A stretch of DNA of 63,694 nt from an uncultured Gammaproteobacteria bacterium (GTDB lineage: Bacteria; Patescibacteriota; Microgenomatia; UBA12405), in NCBI GenBank assembly GCA_964537905.1, contig CAZICU010000002.1, forward strand, positions 1 through 63,694, in the 5' to 3' direction. Shown here piece after piece: positions 15,654 to 24,895 of the stretch. The stretch's first letter is position 1; every line of letters begins with the position of its first letter. Position numbers and translations under genes: made by a program. The notes under the pieces are model-generated. The model was not told where the DNA came from. It did no database searches and was given only the letters and a program-made list of their open reading frames with translations.

Positions 15654-17423
15654 TTACATTTTTTCTACCGTTTCTATCCCCAATAGGTCTAGTCCGGTTT
15701 CAATTACACTAGCCGTAGTTTTAGTTAAAAATATTCTAAATACTTCTTCTTTTTGGTCAATTATTCTATTTTTAGCATAAAATTCATTATATTTTCTGGC
15801 TACCCCCAAAATATATTCGGCTATTACTGATGGTGAAAATCTTTCAGCCGCTTCAGTAATTTTTTCTTCAAATTTATAAAACTCTCTCACCAAAGCCATT
15901 TCATCTTGGTTAATATTTTCCGGAATATTATTAATATTTTTTTGTTCTTTAATCGTTGTTTTATTCAACACACTTTTACATCTAGTATAAGTGTATTGTA
16001 AGTATGGCCCCGAATCACCATCCAAACTCATAATCTTATTCCAATCAAAAATAACATCTTTTCTAGGGTCGGATACTAAATCACTAAATTTAATTGCTCC
16101 CAAAGCCACTACTTTTATCATTTCTTCTTTTTCCGTTGCTGTCAAATCTCTATTGACACTAGTTTTTTCGGCAATTTTTTTCGCCTCATCCATAGCCTTT
16201 TCAATTACGTCTGACAAGTGAATTGTGTCACCTTTTCTAGTCGAAAATTTTCCTGTCGGCCAACGAATTAACCCATGAGCCACATGTACCAACCCGCAGT
16301 TGCGGGTCCAACCCATCAACTTTGCTGTTTCAAATACTTGTCTAAAATGTAATTGTTGGTCAACACCCACTTCATAAACAATCAAATCTGGATTCCAATT
16401 TTCTATTCTATATTTAATTGTTGCCATATCTCTGGTGAAATATGTTGTCGTTCCATTTGACTTTTGCAACATTGCTGGTGGCATATTTGGTAGCTCGACA
16501 ATCATTGCTCCTTCACTTTTTTTTGTAATTCCTTTTGATTCAATTTCTTTCATTACTTCGGGTAACATTTCACTATAAAAACTTTCACCGTGAATAAAAT
16601 CTATCTGAACCCCTAAAATTTGATACACTTTTTCAAATTCCAATAAGGAAATATCAATACATTTTTGCCAAATTTCTCGGGCTTCTTTATCACCGTTTTC
16701 CAATTTGGCAAACCAATCACGACCTTCGTCAATCAAACTTTCATCAATTTCTGCCTCTTTATGAAACGCCACATAAAGTTTTTCCAAATCACTTATTGTT
16801 AATTTATTAATATCAAACTTATTTTCAAAAATCTGAAATCTAGGATCTGACATCTGACATCTAGATATTGCAGCTGTCAGTTTTCCATATTGCGTCCCCC
16901 AATCACCAATATGATTATCCCCAATACAATTCCACCCCAAAATTTTATACAGATTATAAATTGCCTGGCCAATATCTGTCGATCTTAAATGTCCAATTCC
17001 AAATGGTTTTGCAATATTTGGTGCCGAATAGTCAATCACCATAGTTTTGTTTTTACCGTATTCGCTCAATTTATTTCTAAATTCCACGTCATAATTTATC
17101 GTTTCTGCCTCTTCAATCATCACTTCCGGTTTTAAATAAAAATTTATAAATCCCGCCCCGGCTACTTCTATTTTTTTTATTAACTGACTATCTGATAAGG
17201 TGATAGACTGACAAACTAAATTAGCCAATTCTCTTGGATTTTTTCCATCCTGGTTGGCCAAAACCATGGCTATATTTGTTGAATAATCACCAAAATTAAT
17301 ATCACTTGGATGTTCCAATTTAATTTTTTCTTTATCTACTTTAAAACCACTATTCTCAACTGCTTTTAAGATAATTTGTTTTAAATCTTTTATTATTTTC
17401 ATTTTAAAAAACCTTTGATCCAA
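15654..17423 (-). CDS. argS: Arginine--tRNA ligase
   Basis: Class I signature region PNIAKPFGIGHLRST. The length and C-terminal anticodon-binding (DALR-type) domain layout fit ArgS. Confidence 0.95.
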   Translation of the reverse strand: MDQRFFKMKIIKDLKQIILKAVENSGFKVDKEKIKLEHPSDINFGDYSTNIAMVLANQDGKNPRELANLVCQSITLSDSQLIKKIEVAGAGFINFYLKPEVMIEEAETINYDVEFRNKLSEYGKNKTMVIDYSAPNIAKPFGIGHLRSTDIGQAIYNLYKILGWNCIGDNHIGDWGTQYGKLTAAISRCQMSDPRFQIFENKFDINKLTISDLEKLYVAFHKEAEIDESLIDEGRDWFAKLENGDKEAREIWQKCIDISLLEFEKVYQILGVQIDFIHGESFYSEMLPEVMKEIESKGITKKSEGAMIVELPNMPPAMLQKSNGTTTYFTRDMATIKYRIENWNPDLIVYEVGVDQQLHFRQVFETAKLMGWTRNCGLVHVAHGLIRWPTGKFSTRKGDTIHLSDVIEKAMDEAKKIAEKTSVNRDLTATEKEEMIKVVALGAIKFSDLVSDPRKDVIFDWNKIMSLDGDSGPYLQYTYTRCKSVLNKTTIKEQKNINNIPENINQDEMALVREFYKFEEKITEAAERFSPSVIAEYILGVARKYNEFYAKNRIIDQKEEVFRIFLTKTTASVIETGLDLLGIETVEKM

Positions 17424-17775
17424 CTGGTAAATCTTGATCTGGAATCAATAAACTCACTATTTCGGTAAGCACCCCTTGGCCATCCGTAGCTTCAGCGGAG
17501 GAGGCAAAAATCATTGCTTCTGATAATTCACCCATAATTTTTCTCGGAATTATATTGGTAACAAATACAGTTTTTTTACCAATCAAATCAGTAGGGGAAT
17601 ACCACTTTTTTATTCCTGAAAATACTGTTCTCAAATTTTCTTCACCAAAATCCACTTGCAGTCTCAGTAATTTTTCCGACCCTTCAACTTCTATGGCTTC
17701 TTTTATCTCACCAATCAAAAATTCTACTTTGGCAAAATCATCATATTTAATTTGATCCATAGCCAATTTTATCAT
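17404..17775 (-). CDS. tRNA-binding domain protein (CsaA/EMAP/MetG C-terminal type)
   Basis: The OB-fold signature reads KLLRLQVDFGEENLRTVFSGIKKWY..LIGKKTVFVTNI. The ATG at 17775 is preferred. The track start TTG 17790 lies inside a repeat element. Confidence 0.7.
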   Translation of the reverse strand: MIKLAMDQIKYDDFAKVEFLIGEIKEAIEVEGSEKLLRLQVDFGEENLRTVFSGIKKWYSPTDLIGKKTVFVTNIIPRKIMGELSEAMIFASSAEATDGQGVLTEIVSLLIPDQDLPVGSKVF

Positions 17776-17814
17776 CCCCCTCCTTGTCAAGGGAGGGGTC
17801 AGGGGTGGGTTTTT
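17776..17814 (-). repeat. G/C-rich hairpin repeat immediately upstream of the tRNA-binding protein gene
   Basis: The plus strand reads ccccctccttgtcaagggaggggtcaggggtgggttttt. On the gene strand this reads ..CCCCTCCCTTGACAAGGAGGGGG-ATG. It is the same family as 28100, 20604 and 7775. Confidence 0.7.
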
Positions 17815-17875
17815 GTGTTATTATTAGCTTACCCAGCCTATTATTAATTATTAATTTTTAATTCTTAATTAAATT

Positions 17876-19237
17876 ATGATCAATCTTGATCCTTCTATTT
17901 TTAAATCTTACGATATTCGGGCTGTTTACCCTGTTCAAGCTGACGAAGAATTAGCTGAAAAAATTGGCCGTGGTTTTGCTAAATATTTAAATTTTCCCCA
18001 AAAAGTTATTGTTGCTCGTGATGGTCGTCTTTCTGGGGAATCAATGAAAAAAGCTTTAATTGATGGTTTAACCAAAGTTGGAGTTAGTGTTATTGACATA
18101 GATTTAGCTTCCACTGATTCTTTTTATTATGCCTGTCAAACTCGTGATCTTCCCGGCATTACTGTCACTGCCAGTCATAACCCCAAAGAATATACTGGTT
18201 TCAAAATGGTAAAAAAAATTCCTGAATTATTATCTGGTGAGGCTGGAATCAAAGAAATTAAAGAATATATTCTAAACGATAATTTACCTACTGATTCTGT
18301 TAATCCAGGAATAATTGAGGTTCAAGATATTCGTCAGGAATTTGTTGATTATGTTTTATCTTTAATAGATATTTCTCAAATTAAAAATTTTAAGATTCAT
18401 GCTGATACCGCTAACGGTATGGTTGGTCCTTTCTTAAAATTAATTGATGATAAATTACCAACAGTTGAGATAATTCCTATGTTTTGGGAGATTGACGGTA
18501 ATTTTCCCAATCACGGAGGTGATCCGTTATTAGCCGAGAATAGAGTAGAAATTCAAAAAAGAGTTCCTTCTGAAGGGAGTGATTTTGGTATTATGTTCGA
18601 TCCGGATGGTGATAGATTTTTTACCATTGATAAAAAAGGTCGTTTTATTTCAGGTGATTTTTTAACTGCCATTTTAGCTGAATATTTTGTAAAAAAATAT
18701 CCAGGATGTAGTATTGTTTATGATATTCGTGCCTCCAAGGTAGTTCCAGAAACAATTCTCGCCGCTGGTGGAAAACCTCTTGCTAATCGTGTTGGACATA
18801 CTCATATTAAAGCCAGAATGAAAGCTGAAAATGCTTATTTTGGTGGAGAAGTTTCAGGACATTATTATTTTAAAGATTTTTTCTTGTGTGATACTGGTTT
18901 AACAACTTTCATTTATCTCTTAGATTTTCTTTCACATTCCGAAAAACCATTAGAAACAATAGTTGATGAAATGCTTAATAAGTATCATATTTCTGGTGAA
19001 ATCAACTCTAAAATTGAAAATGTTCCCGCTGTTTTAGAAAAGATTGAAGCAATTTATGGTCCAAAAGTTATTTCTCCTATCGAAAGAATGGATGGTATGA
19101 CTTTTGAAATGGGTCAATGGCGATTTAATATTCGTTCATCCAACACTGAACCACTACTTCGTCTCAATCTTGAAGCTACCAGTCAAGAATTAATGGAACA
19201 AAAAAGAGACGAAGTTTTGTCGATTATTAGAAATTAA
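17876..19237 (+). CDS. Phosphomannomutase/phosphoglucomutase
   Basis: Carries the phosphoserine loop TASHNPKEYTGFK, the Mg-binding loop FDPDGDR and the GEVSGH sugar-binding loop. Confidence 0.85.
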   Translation: MINLDPSIFKSYDIRAVYPVQADEELAEKIGRGFAKYLNFPQKVIVARDGRLSGESMKKALIDGLTKVGVSVIDIDLASTDSFYYACQTRDLPGITVTASHNPKEYTGFKMVKKIPELLSGEAGIKEIKEYILNDNLPTDSVNPGIIEVQDIRQEFVDYVLSLIDISQIKNFKIHADTANGMVGPFLKLIDDKLPTVEIIPMFWEIDGNFPNHGGDPLLAENRVEIQKRVPSEGSDFGIMFDPDGDRFFTIDKKGRFISGDFLTAILAEYFVKKYPGCSIVYDIRASKVVPETILAAGGKPLANRVGHTHIKARMKAENAYFGGEVSGHYYFKDFFLCDTGLTTFIYLLDFLSHSEKPLETIVDEMLNKYHISGEINSKIENVPAVLEKIEAIYGPKVISPIERMDGMTFEMGQWRFNIRSSNTEPLLRLNLEATSQELMEQKRDEVLSIIRN

Positions 19238-19276
19238 ATATTGGAAATTAGATATTGGAAATTAGGAATTTAATTT

Positions 19277-20476
19277 ATGTATCATCCGTCTTCCAAAATA
19301 TTAGATAATTATGCCGATGTTTTGGTAAATTTTGCTTTAAACAGTGGTTGCGGAGTTAAAAAAGGCGAAGTTGTTTTTCTTCAAGTTCCTGAATCAGCCA
19401 AACCTCTTTTGATTTCTTTGCAAAAAGCTGTTTTAAAAGCTGGTGCTCACGCTATTATTCAATATTTACCTGATGAAATGTCTCGTGAATTTTTTGAGTT
19501 AGCTGATGATGATCAGTTAAAATTTTTTCCAGCTACCTTTTTAAAAGGTCGGGTTAAACAAGCCGATCATTTTTTAATGATTTTGGCCGAAACTAATTAT
19601 CACGAATTAGAGGGCATTGATCCTAAAAAAATAATGGATCGAAATTTGGTTTTTAAACCATACAAAGACTGGCGTGATGCCAAAGAAAATAAAGGCAAAC
19701 TAACCTGGACTATTGGTATGTATGCCACTCCTGCTATGGCTAAAGAAGCCGGTCTTACTCTTAAAGAAGCCTGGCATCAAATTATTAAAGCCTGTTTTTT
19801 AGAATATAAAAATCCAGTTGAAAAATGGCAACGAGTTCAAGAAAAATCTACTCAAATTAGAAAAAAATTAAATAAACTAGAAATAATCAAAGTTAACATT
19901 AAAGCCCAAGATACTGATTTAAACATTACTATCGGGGAAAATCGTCAATGGCTAGGCGGCGGCGGTCGCAACATTCCTAGTTTTGAAATTTTTACTTCAC
20001 CAGATTGGCGCGGTACCAACGGTTATATTTATTTTGATCAACCGCTTTATCGTCAAGGTAATTTAATTAAAAATATTAAATTAACTTTTAAAGATGGCAT
20101 AATTGTCGATGCTCAAGCTGGTTATGGTGAAAAATTTTTAAAACAACTAATTAAAATTGAAAATTCCGATAAAATAGGGGAGTTTTCTTTAACTGATAAA
20201 CGTTTTTCTAAAATAACTAAATTTATGGCCGAAACCCTTTATGATGAAAATTTCGGTGGTCAATTTGGTAACACCCATATTGCTCTCGGTTCGGCCTACA
20301 AGGATACTTATTCTAAAAAAAATAACAAATTAAACCAAAAAGACTGGGAAGATTTAGGTTTTAATGATTCTGCTGTTCATACCGATATTATTGCCACCAC
20401 CGATCGCACTGTCACCGCCACTTTAAAAAATGGCAAAGAAATTATTCTCTATCAAAATGGGGAATTCAAAATTTAA
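19277..20476 (+). CDS. Aminopeptidase (M29 / AmpS-PepS family)
   Basis: The N-terminus (LDNYADVLVNFALNSGCGVKKGEVVFLQ) and the overall length are typical of M29 aminopeptidases. Confidence 0.75.
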   Translation: MYHPSSKILDNYADVLVNFALNSGCGVKKGEVVFLQVPESAKPLLISLQKAVLKAGAHAIIQYLPDEMSREFFELADDDQLKFFPATFLKGRVKQADHFLMILAETNYHELEGIDPKKIMDRNLVFKPYKDWRDAKENKGKLTWTIGMYATPAMAKEAGLTLKEAWHQIIKACFLEYKNPVEKWQRVQEKSTQIRKKLNKLEIIKVNIKAQDTDLNITIGENRQWLGGGGRNIPSFEIFTSPDWRGTNGYIYFDQPLYRQGNLIKNIKLTFKDGIIVDAQAGYGEKFLKQLIKIENSDKIGEFSLTDKRFSKITKFMAETLYDENFGGQFGNTHIALGSAYKDTYSKKNNKLNQKDWEDLGFNDSAVHTDIIATTDRTVTATLKNGKEIILYQNGEFKI

Positions 20477-20486
20477 ATATAAAAAG

Positions 20487-20536
20487 GCTCCCTTTCATCA
20501 AGGGGAGCTGTCGAACGAAGTGAGACTGAGGGGTTT
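20487..20536 (+). repeat. G/C-rich hairpin repeat (two-hairpin type)
   Basis: The hairpin GCTCCC-tttcatcaa-GGGGAGC is followed by tgtcgaacgaagtgagactgaggggttt. It is related to the copies at 26631 and 31805. Confidence 0.65.
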
Positions 20537-20571
20537 GATTAAGACGGCCAGTTCCAAATCTAAAAATCCTC

Positions 20572-20590
20572 ACCCTGCCATGGGCAGGGT
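20572..20590. repeat. Perfect 8-bp-arm palindrome
   Basis: The palindrome is ACCCTGCC-atg-GGCAGGGT, followed by an A-run. Confidence 0.6.
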
Positions 20591-20603
20591 AAAAAAAGAA
20601 TTT

Positions 20604-20633
20604 CCCTCCCCTTGGAGGGGTTAGGGGAGGGTT
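20604..20633 (+). repeat. G/C-rich hairpin repeat
   Basis: The sequence is ccctccccttggaggggttaggggagggt. It shares the CCCCT..AGGGG hairpin and the T(C/T)AGGGG(T/A)GGGT tail with 17776. Confidence 0.65.
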
Positions 20634-20642
20634 TATCTTAAC

Positions 20643-20671
20643 AAAAAAACTCCCCAATTAAGGGGAGTTTT
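20643..20671. terminator. Bidirectional rho-independent terminator between convergent genes
   Basis: The stem AAACTCCCC-aattaa-GGGGAGTTT is flanked by an A-run upstream and a T-run downstream. Confidence 0.7.
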
Positions 20672-20692
20672 AAAATTTAAATAAATTTATTT

Positions 20693-21175
20693 TTATTCTT
20701 GAGTTTCTTCTATTGGAGCCTCAACTTTTTTAACTTTTTTGATTTTTTTTACTTCCATTACTGGATTAATTTTTTGAGAATTCAAAATATTTAAAATCTT
20801 TTCAAGTTTTTGATTAATCATTTCCAATTCAGTTCTCGTGTTATCTTGTTGATAATCTTTTGTATCTCTAGTTTCAAATCGGCGATTATTTCCACCAAAG
20901 TCTCTATTACCACCAAAACTTCTTTCACTACCACCTTCACGTCCACTAGTTTTTTCAAAACAATTACTGCAATAAACTGGTTTTTCACCAGTTGGCATAA
21001 AAGGTAACTGACACTCTTTACCGCATTTATCGCAAACAGCATCGTACATTTGTCGATCATTTCGATTTCGATCAAATCCGCCTCTGTTGCCACCAAAACT
21101 TCGGCCTCGGTTTCCCCCGCCAAAACTTCTGTCGCTAAAATTTTTAAATCCACGGTCATTTCCAAAATTTTTCAT
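20693..21175 (-). CDS. CxxC-x17-CxxC domain protein with RGG-type Gly/Arg-rich repeats
   Basis: The motif reads CDKC-GKECQLPFMPTGEKPVY-CSNC with exactly 17 residues between the Cys pairs. It is flanked by FGGGNRGRSFGGNRGGF repeats. The ATG at 21175 is preferred to the track's TTG at 21211. Confidence 0.7.
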   Translation of the reverse strand: MKNFGNDRGFKNFSDRSFGGGNRGRSFGGNRGGFDRNRNDRQMYDAVCDKCGKECQLPFMPTGEKPVYCSNCFEKTSGREGGSERSFGGNRDFGGNNRRFETRDTKDYQQDNTRTELEMINQKLEKILNILNSQKINPVMEVKKIKKVKKVEAPIEETQE

Positions 21176-21219
21176 TATTTTTTTGTTAATTTTTTCTAAT
21201 TTAAAGACCAAGTATTATA

Positions 21220-22377
21220 TCAGATTTTTTTTTCAATTACTGGGCTTACTGTTGTTATTGGTGTAATTGTCAAAATTCCGTTGTTTTCAATAAACTTTTG
21301 AACCTCAGAAAAATCATTTTCACCTAATTTTGGGGATAAAATAAACTGACCCGTGCTTGCTTTGGTATTTTTTAAGACGTTTGCATCTGTTAAAGTTATT
21401 GAAATTATTTTATATTCCGACACTTCTGGTATTTTTATAACTAATTCACTCATTTTTAAAAAATCAATATCAGTTCTAATATGTTTTGTTAAAGTTTTAA
21501 CCGTTGGTACAATTTTAGAAATAAATCCAACATTTATAACTTTATCTCTGATAGCCGTTATTACTAATTTTTGTCTTTCTGATCGATTAAAATCCCCTCC
21601 ATCTATAGTTGAGTGTCTTGATCTAGTATATTTTAAAGCAGTTATTCCATCCATATGTTGAATTCCTTTATCAAAATGTAGATTTTCATATCTACAACTG
21701 AATTGTTGGTCTAATTTATCGCCCGACATTGTTGCTTCCAAAGATTTTATTTCTTCTTCTGATTTTCCACACAAATCATTAATATTTTCTTCAATTGGAT
21801 AATAAGGATCATTAAATTCTTTAATTAATTTAATATCGATTCCACCTAACGTATCAATAATTTTTACAAATCCATCAAAATCAATTATCGTAAAATAATC
21901 TGGTTTTATTCCAGTCACTTGCTCCACTACATATTTTGCCATCTGACCTCCACCCGCTTGGCCAGTAAATTCAGTTTTTTTATCAGGATATTTTTTATCA
22001 TCAAGACCTATTACATAAGCCTCATTAATTTTTCGACTCACATTTTCTGTTTCACTCACCGGAATTAGTACCCATAAATCACGAGGAATTGAAATTAATC
22101 TTACTACTTCGTCTCGTGGTCTAATTTCAGCCAATATAATCGAATCAGTTAAGTTTCCTCCCTCATGGATTCCTCCGCCATATCCCATTAACAAAATAGA
22201 GTAGGGAGCTAATGGATCAGGTGTTGGTGTTGCTGTCGGTGTTATATTAAAAACTTCATCTGATTTATTTATCTTAACTACCATTCGATTATAGTTTTTG
22301 TAAACTAATCCTAATGTTATTAATATAATCCATAAAATTACCACTCCAAACCACCATCCATTTATTTTTTTTCGCAT
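21220..22377 (-). CDS. LytR/CpsA/Psr (LCP) family protein
   Basis: Has a single N-terminal TM helix and the motifs LTDSIILAEI, SIPRDLWV and YTRSRHSTIDGGDFNRSERQ. Confidence 0.8.
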   Translation of the reverse strand: MRKKINGWWFGVVILWIILITLGLVYKNYNRMVVKINKSDEVFNITPTATPTPDPLAPYSILLMGYGGGIHEGGNLTDSIILAEIRPRDEVVRLISIPRDLWVLIPVSETENVSRKINEAYVIGLDDKKYPDKKTEFTGQAGGGQMAKYVVEQVTGIKPDYFTIIDFDGFVKIIDTLGGIDIKLIKEFNDPYYPIEENINDLCGKSEEEIKSLEATMSGDKLDQQFSCRYENLHFDKGIQHMDGITALKYTRSRHSTIDGGDFNRSERQKLVITAIRDKVINVGFISKIVPTVKTLTKHIRTDIDFLKMSELVIKIPEVSEYKIISITLTDANVLKNTKASTGQFILSPKLGENDFSEVQKFIENNGILTITPITTVSPVIEKKI

Positions 22378-22432
22378 GATCTAGAGTATATAACAAAAGT
22401 TTTTTATTTTCTTTTGCTACACTATTCTTATC

Positions 22433-23650
22433 ATGTCAAAACCATTAGTTGTCTTTACCTACGCTCCCACAGGGCTAGGTCATATTCGAGTTACTAATGC
22501 TCTTCGAGACGGTATTCCAGATAATTTTAATTCCCTTATATTTTCACCCAATGATCCCAGTATTGAATATATCCATCGATTAGGCAGTTTAAATGTTGTT
22601 GCCAGACATATTATGGAATGGTTTCAAGGCGGTTCTCCTCAAAGAGTTTTTACTTATCTTTATCGTAAGTTTTTAAAATCTAATCCTGAAAATATTTTTT
22701 CCGAATTAACTTCTCTTATTAAATCTTTAAATTCATCTCCTTCCAGAATAATTATTGTTGCCACTCATTTTGGATTAGCTTACCAGATTGGTATGCTCAA
22801 ACCACTATTAGAAAAGGAATTTAAGGTTGATATTAAATTAGTTGTTCAAATCACTGACGATTCTCCTCAATATATTTGGTACGTTGATGTGGCTGATTTA
22901 ATTATTGCTCCTAGTCAATATACTGTTGATGAATTACAAAAATATGGGCGTAGTGCCAAACTAAAACCAGTTAAATTTTTAGTTGTTGACTATCCAGTCA
23001 GTCCTTGTTTGGCTAAACAATTAGCACCAGATCAAATCACTCAAAGATTAGATCAATATAATCCTCAATCAAATTCTCCCATAAATATTATGATTCCTAT
23101 TTCAGGGGCTGCTGTCGGAACTAATTTTTTTATTAAATTAACTGAAAAACTTCATAAATTATCCAGTCGATATTTTTTTCATATTGTTTGTCGTCAAGCT
23201 CCATTTACTGATAATTTTATTATTAATATAAGAACCAAAAAATATCTTAATTTATATACTGCAGAAAGTTATCAAAATACAGTTGATTTGTATGATAATA
23301 TTTATCAAAAAAATGTTATTGCTGCCGAAATTACCAAACCTAGCGAACAAGCATTCAAAGCTTTATTAACAAATGATTCTATCGGTGGTTCTTTTTTGTT
23401 TTTTGCTACTCCAATTGGTCGTCAGGAATATGATAATTTAAATTATCTTCACCGAAATGATTTACTTTCTCCGTATGGTAGGGGAGTTTTATTGCCTTAT
23501 GGTAGCCATAATGTCGCCAAATTTATTCATCAATTTTTTATCAACGGTACTTTGTATAATAATTTCAAAATTTTACAAAAAACAAAAAATCAAGAAGTTG
23601 ATACAGTTTCAGATTTTTGGCAAGCAATCATCAAAGAGTATCAGTTGTAA
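22433..23650 (+). CDS. Hypothetical protein (possibly a GT-B-type glycosyltransferase)
   Basis: Only the N-terminal VVFTYAPTGLGHIRV (G-x-G-H) is reminiscent of MGDG-synthase/MurG-like glycosyltransferases. No firm motif was found. Confidence 0.35.
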   Translation: MSKPLVVFTYAPTGLGHIRVTNALRDGIPDNFNSLIFSPNDPSIEYIHRLGSLNVVARHIMEWFQGGSPQRVFTYLYRKFLKSNPENIFSELTSLIKSLNSSPSRIIIVATHFGLAYQIGMLKPLLEKEFKVDIKLVVQITDDSPQYIWYVDVADLIIAPSQYTVDELQKYGRSAKLKPVKFLVVDYPVSPCLAKQLAPDQITQRLDQYNPQSNSPINIMIPISGAAVGTNFFIKLTEKLHKLSSRYFFHIVCRQAPFTDNFIINIRTKKYLNLYTAESYQNTVDLYDNIYQKNVIAAEITKPSEQAFKALLTNDSIGGSFLFFATPIGRQEYDNLNYLHRNDLLSPYGRGVLLPYGSHNVAKFIHQFFINGTLYNNFKILQKTKNQEVDTVSDFWQAIIKEYQL

Positions 23651-23744
23651 TCTTAAAATTTTAAATATGAATAAATTAGTTAACAATTATTTAAAAAAAA
23701 TAATTCAGACGAATTTAAAGAAAATTTAAAAGAATTGGAAATAT

Positions 23745-24089
23745 ATGTCAAAAATATATAATTGGGATACAAAGAAAGTCACTGAAGTTACTCTTAGTCC
23801 AGATATTATAAAAAAATATTTTTCAAAAAAGAAATATTCTTTAATTGATATTGAAAATATTTTTATTGATTCGTATAACGATTTTAAAAATAAAATTTTA
23901 AGAATAGATTATTTTTCCGAAATTTGCCAACAATTATGGTGGATTTTAGTGAAACAAAAAATAGAAAAGAATAAACTTGGGAATATTGTTTTAATGGCTT
24001 CAGAAATAAATTTTTATCTTAATTCGGATAATTTAGATATGGTTGATGATATTTTAAATGACGTTGAAGAATATTTACCAGATAAATAA
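23745..24089 (+). CDS. Hypothetical protein
   Basis: 114-aa ORF in a very AT-rich segment. No domain was recognised. Confidence 0.35.
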   Translation: MSKIYNWDTKKVTEVTLSPDIIKKYFSKKKYSLIDIENIFIDSYNDFKNKILRIDYFSEICQQLWWILVKQKIEKNKLGNIVLMASEINFYLNSDNLDMVDDILNDVEEYLPDK

Positions 24090-24149
24090 AATAATCTCAT
24101 ATAAAGGATAAAATTGTCATCTTGCGGAGTTATTTATTTTAGTGCAAAT

Positions 24150-24215
24150 AAAATTATATCAAAAAAGAAAATGTAATTATATCTATTTATTTTTGTATTC
24201 TTATAAGACTATATT
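24150..24215 (+). repeat. 66-bp exact direct repeat, copy 1 (5' flank of HNH-motif gene 1)
   Basis: The sequence aaaattatatcaaaaaagaaaatgtaattatatctatttatttttgtattcttataagactatatt is identical to 24896-24961. Confidence 0.9.
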
Positions 24216-24229
24216 AAATTAATTAATAT

Positions 24230-24709
24230 ATGTCAAAAGAAAGACAATCTCAATCAAAAGCAGGATATCACTCAAATAAAATGAGATTGTACGAAATATA
24301 CAACATAGAATATACAGATCGTAACTTTGATTGCCATCATATAGTTACTAAAAAAGACAAAAGAACCCATGTTGTTCCTTCTTATTTTAATCTTAATGAG
24401 ATTTCTAATTTACATCCTATAGATAAAAGATTACATAAATTAGTTACAAAAATCATCGAGGCATTAGATAATGGACAGGAAATAGATGTTCATGCAGAAA
24501 TTGAAAAAAAGATGAAATTAATTTCTGAAAAATCAGAAATTATCTCGAGAAAAACAGTTGAAGTTAATAATTCTGTTTATGATCATTCAAAAGAATTAAA
24601 CAATCAAGAAAAAATTGAATATATACGGTCATGTTTAGACGAAGAAAATTTAGACGAAAAGGCGTTAGCTTATTACTGTTCTGCTAGGCTCGATCTTGTC
24701 ACTAATTGA
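24230..24709 (+). CDS. Small HNH-motif protein, paralog 1
   Basis: The pattern DCHHIV..x..N(L)..P..x..H(KL) is consistent with an HNH/His-Me finger. It aligns with the ORF at 24971 along the N-terminal ~90 aa. Confidence 0.5.
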   Translation: MSKERQSQSKAGYHSNKMRLYEIYNIEYTDRNFDCHHIVTKKDKRTHVVPSYFNLNEISNLHPIDKRLHKLVTKIIEALDNGQEIDVHAEIEKKMKLISEKSEIISRKTVEVNNSVYDHSKELNNQEKIEYIRSCLDEENLDEKALAYYCSARLDLVTN

Positions 24710-24803
24710 TAAAATCAATTATTTTTTTTCTAAACTGTCATTATTACTCATGAATTAGTCAAAATCAGAAAATTAACCACCAAGATAGGGATTATTTAAT
24801 ATT

Positions 24804-24878
24804 TGGTGACCCTACGGAGAATCGAACTCCGATTACCAGGATGAGAACCTGACGTCCTAACCGTTAGACGATAGGGCC
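24804..24878 (-). tRNA. tRNA-Glu (anticodon CUC)
   Basis: The reverse complement reads GGCCCTA TC GTCT AACGGTTA GGAC G TCAGG TTCTCAT CCTGG TAAT CGGAG TTCGATT CTCCG TAGGGTC A CCA. It folds as a full cloverleaf. Confidence 0.9.
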
Positions 24879-24895
24879 TATTTATTGGAACAAAC

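Noticed and set aside
20430-20657. Two 63-64-aa ORFs on opposite strands in the ORF track
   Set aside because: They consist almost entirely of the stacked G/C-rich hairpin repeats and the terminator. They are translation artefacts of palindromic DNA.
20818-21165. 115-aa ORF in the track, plus other antisense or overlapping ORFs (e.g. 1457-1675, 36275-36631, 49591-49899, 51098-51358, 29451-29928)
   Set aside because: They lie in an alternative frame or on the antisense strand within well-supported conserved genes. They have low-complexity or hydrophobic nonsense composition and are shadow ORFs.
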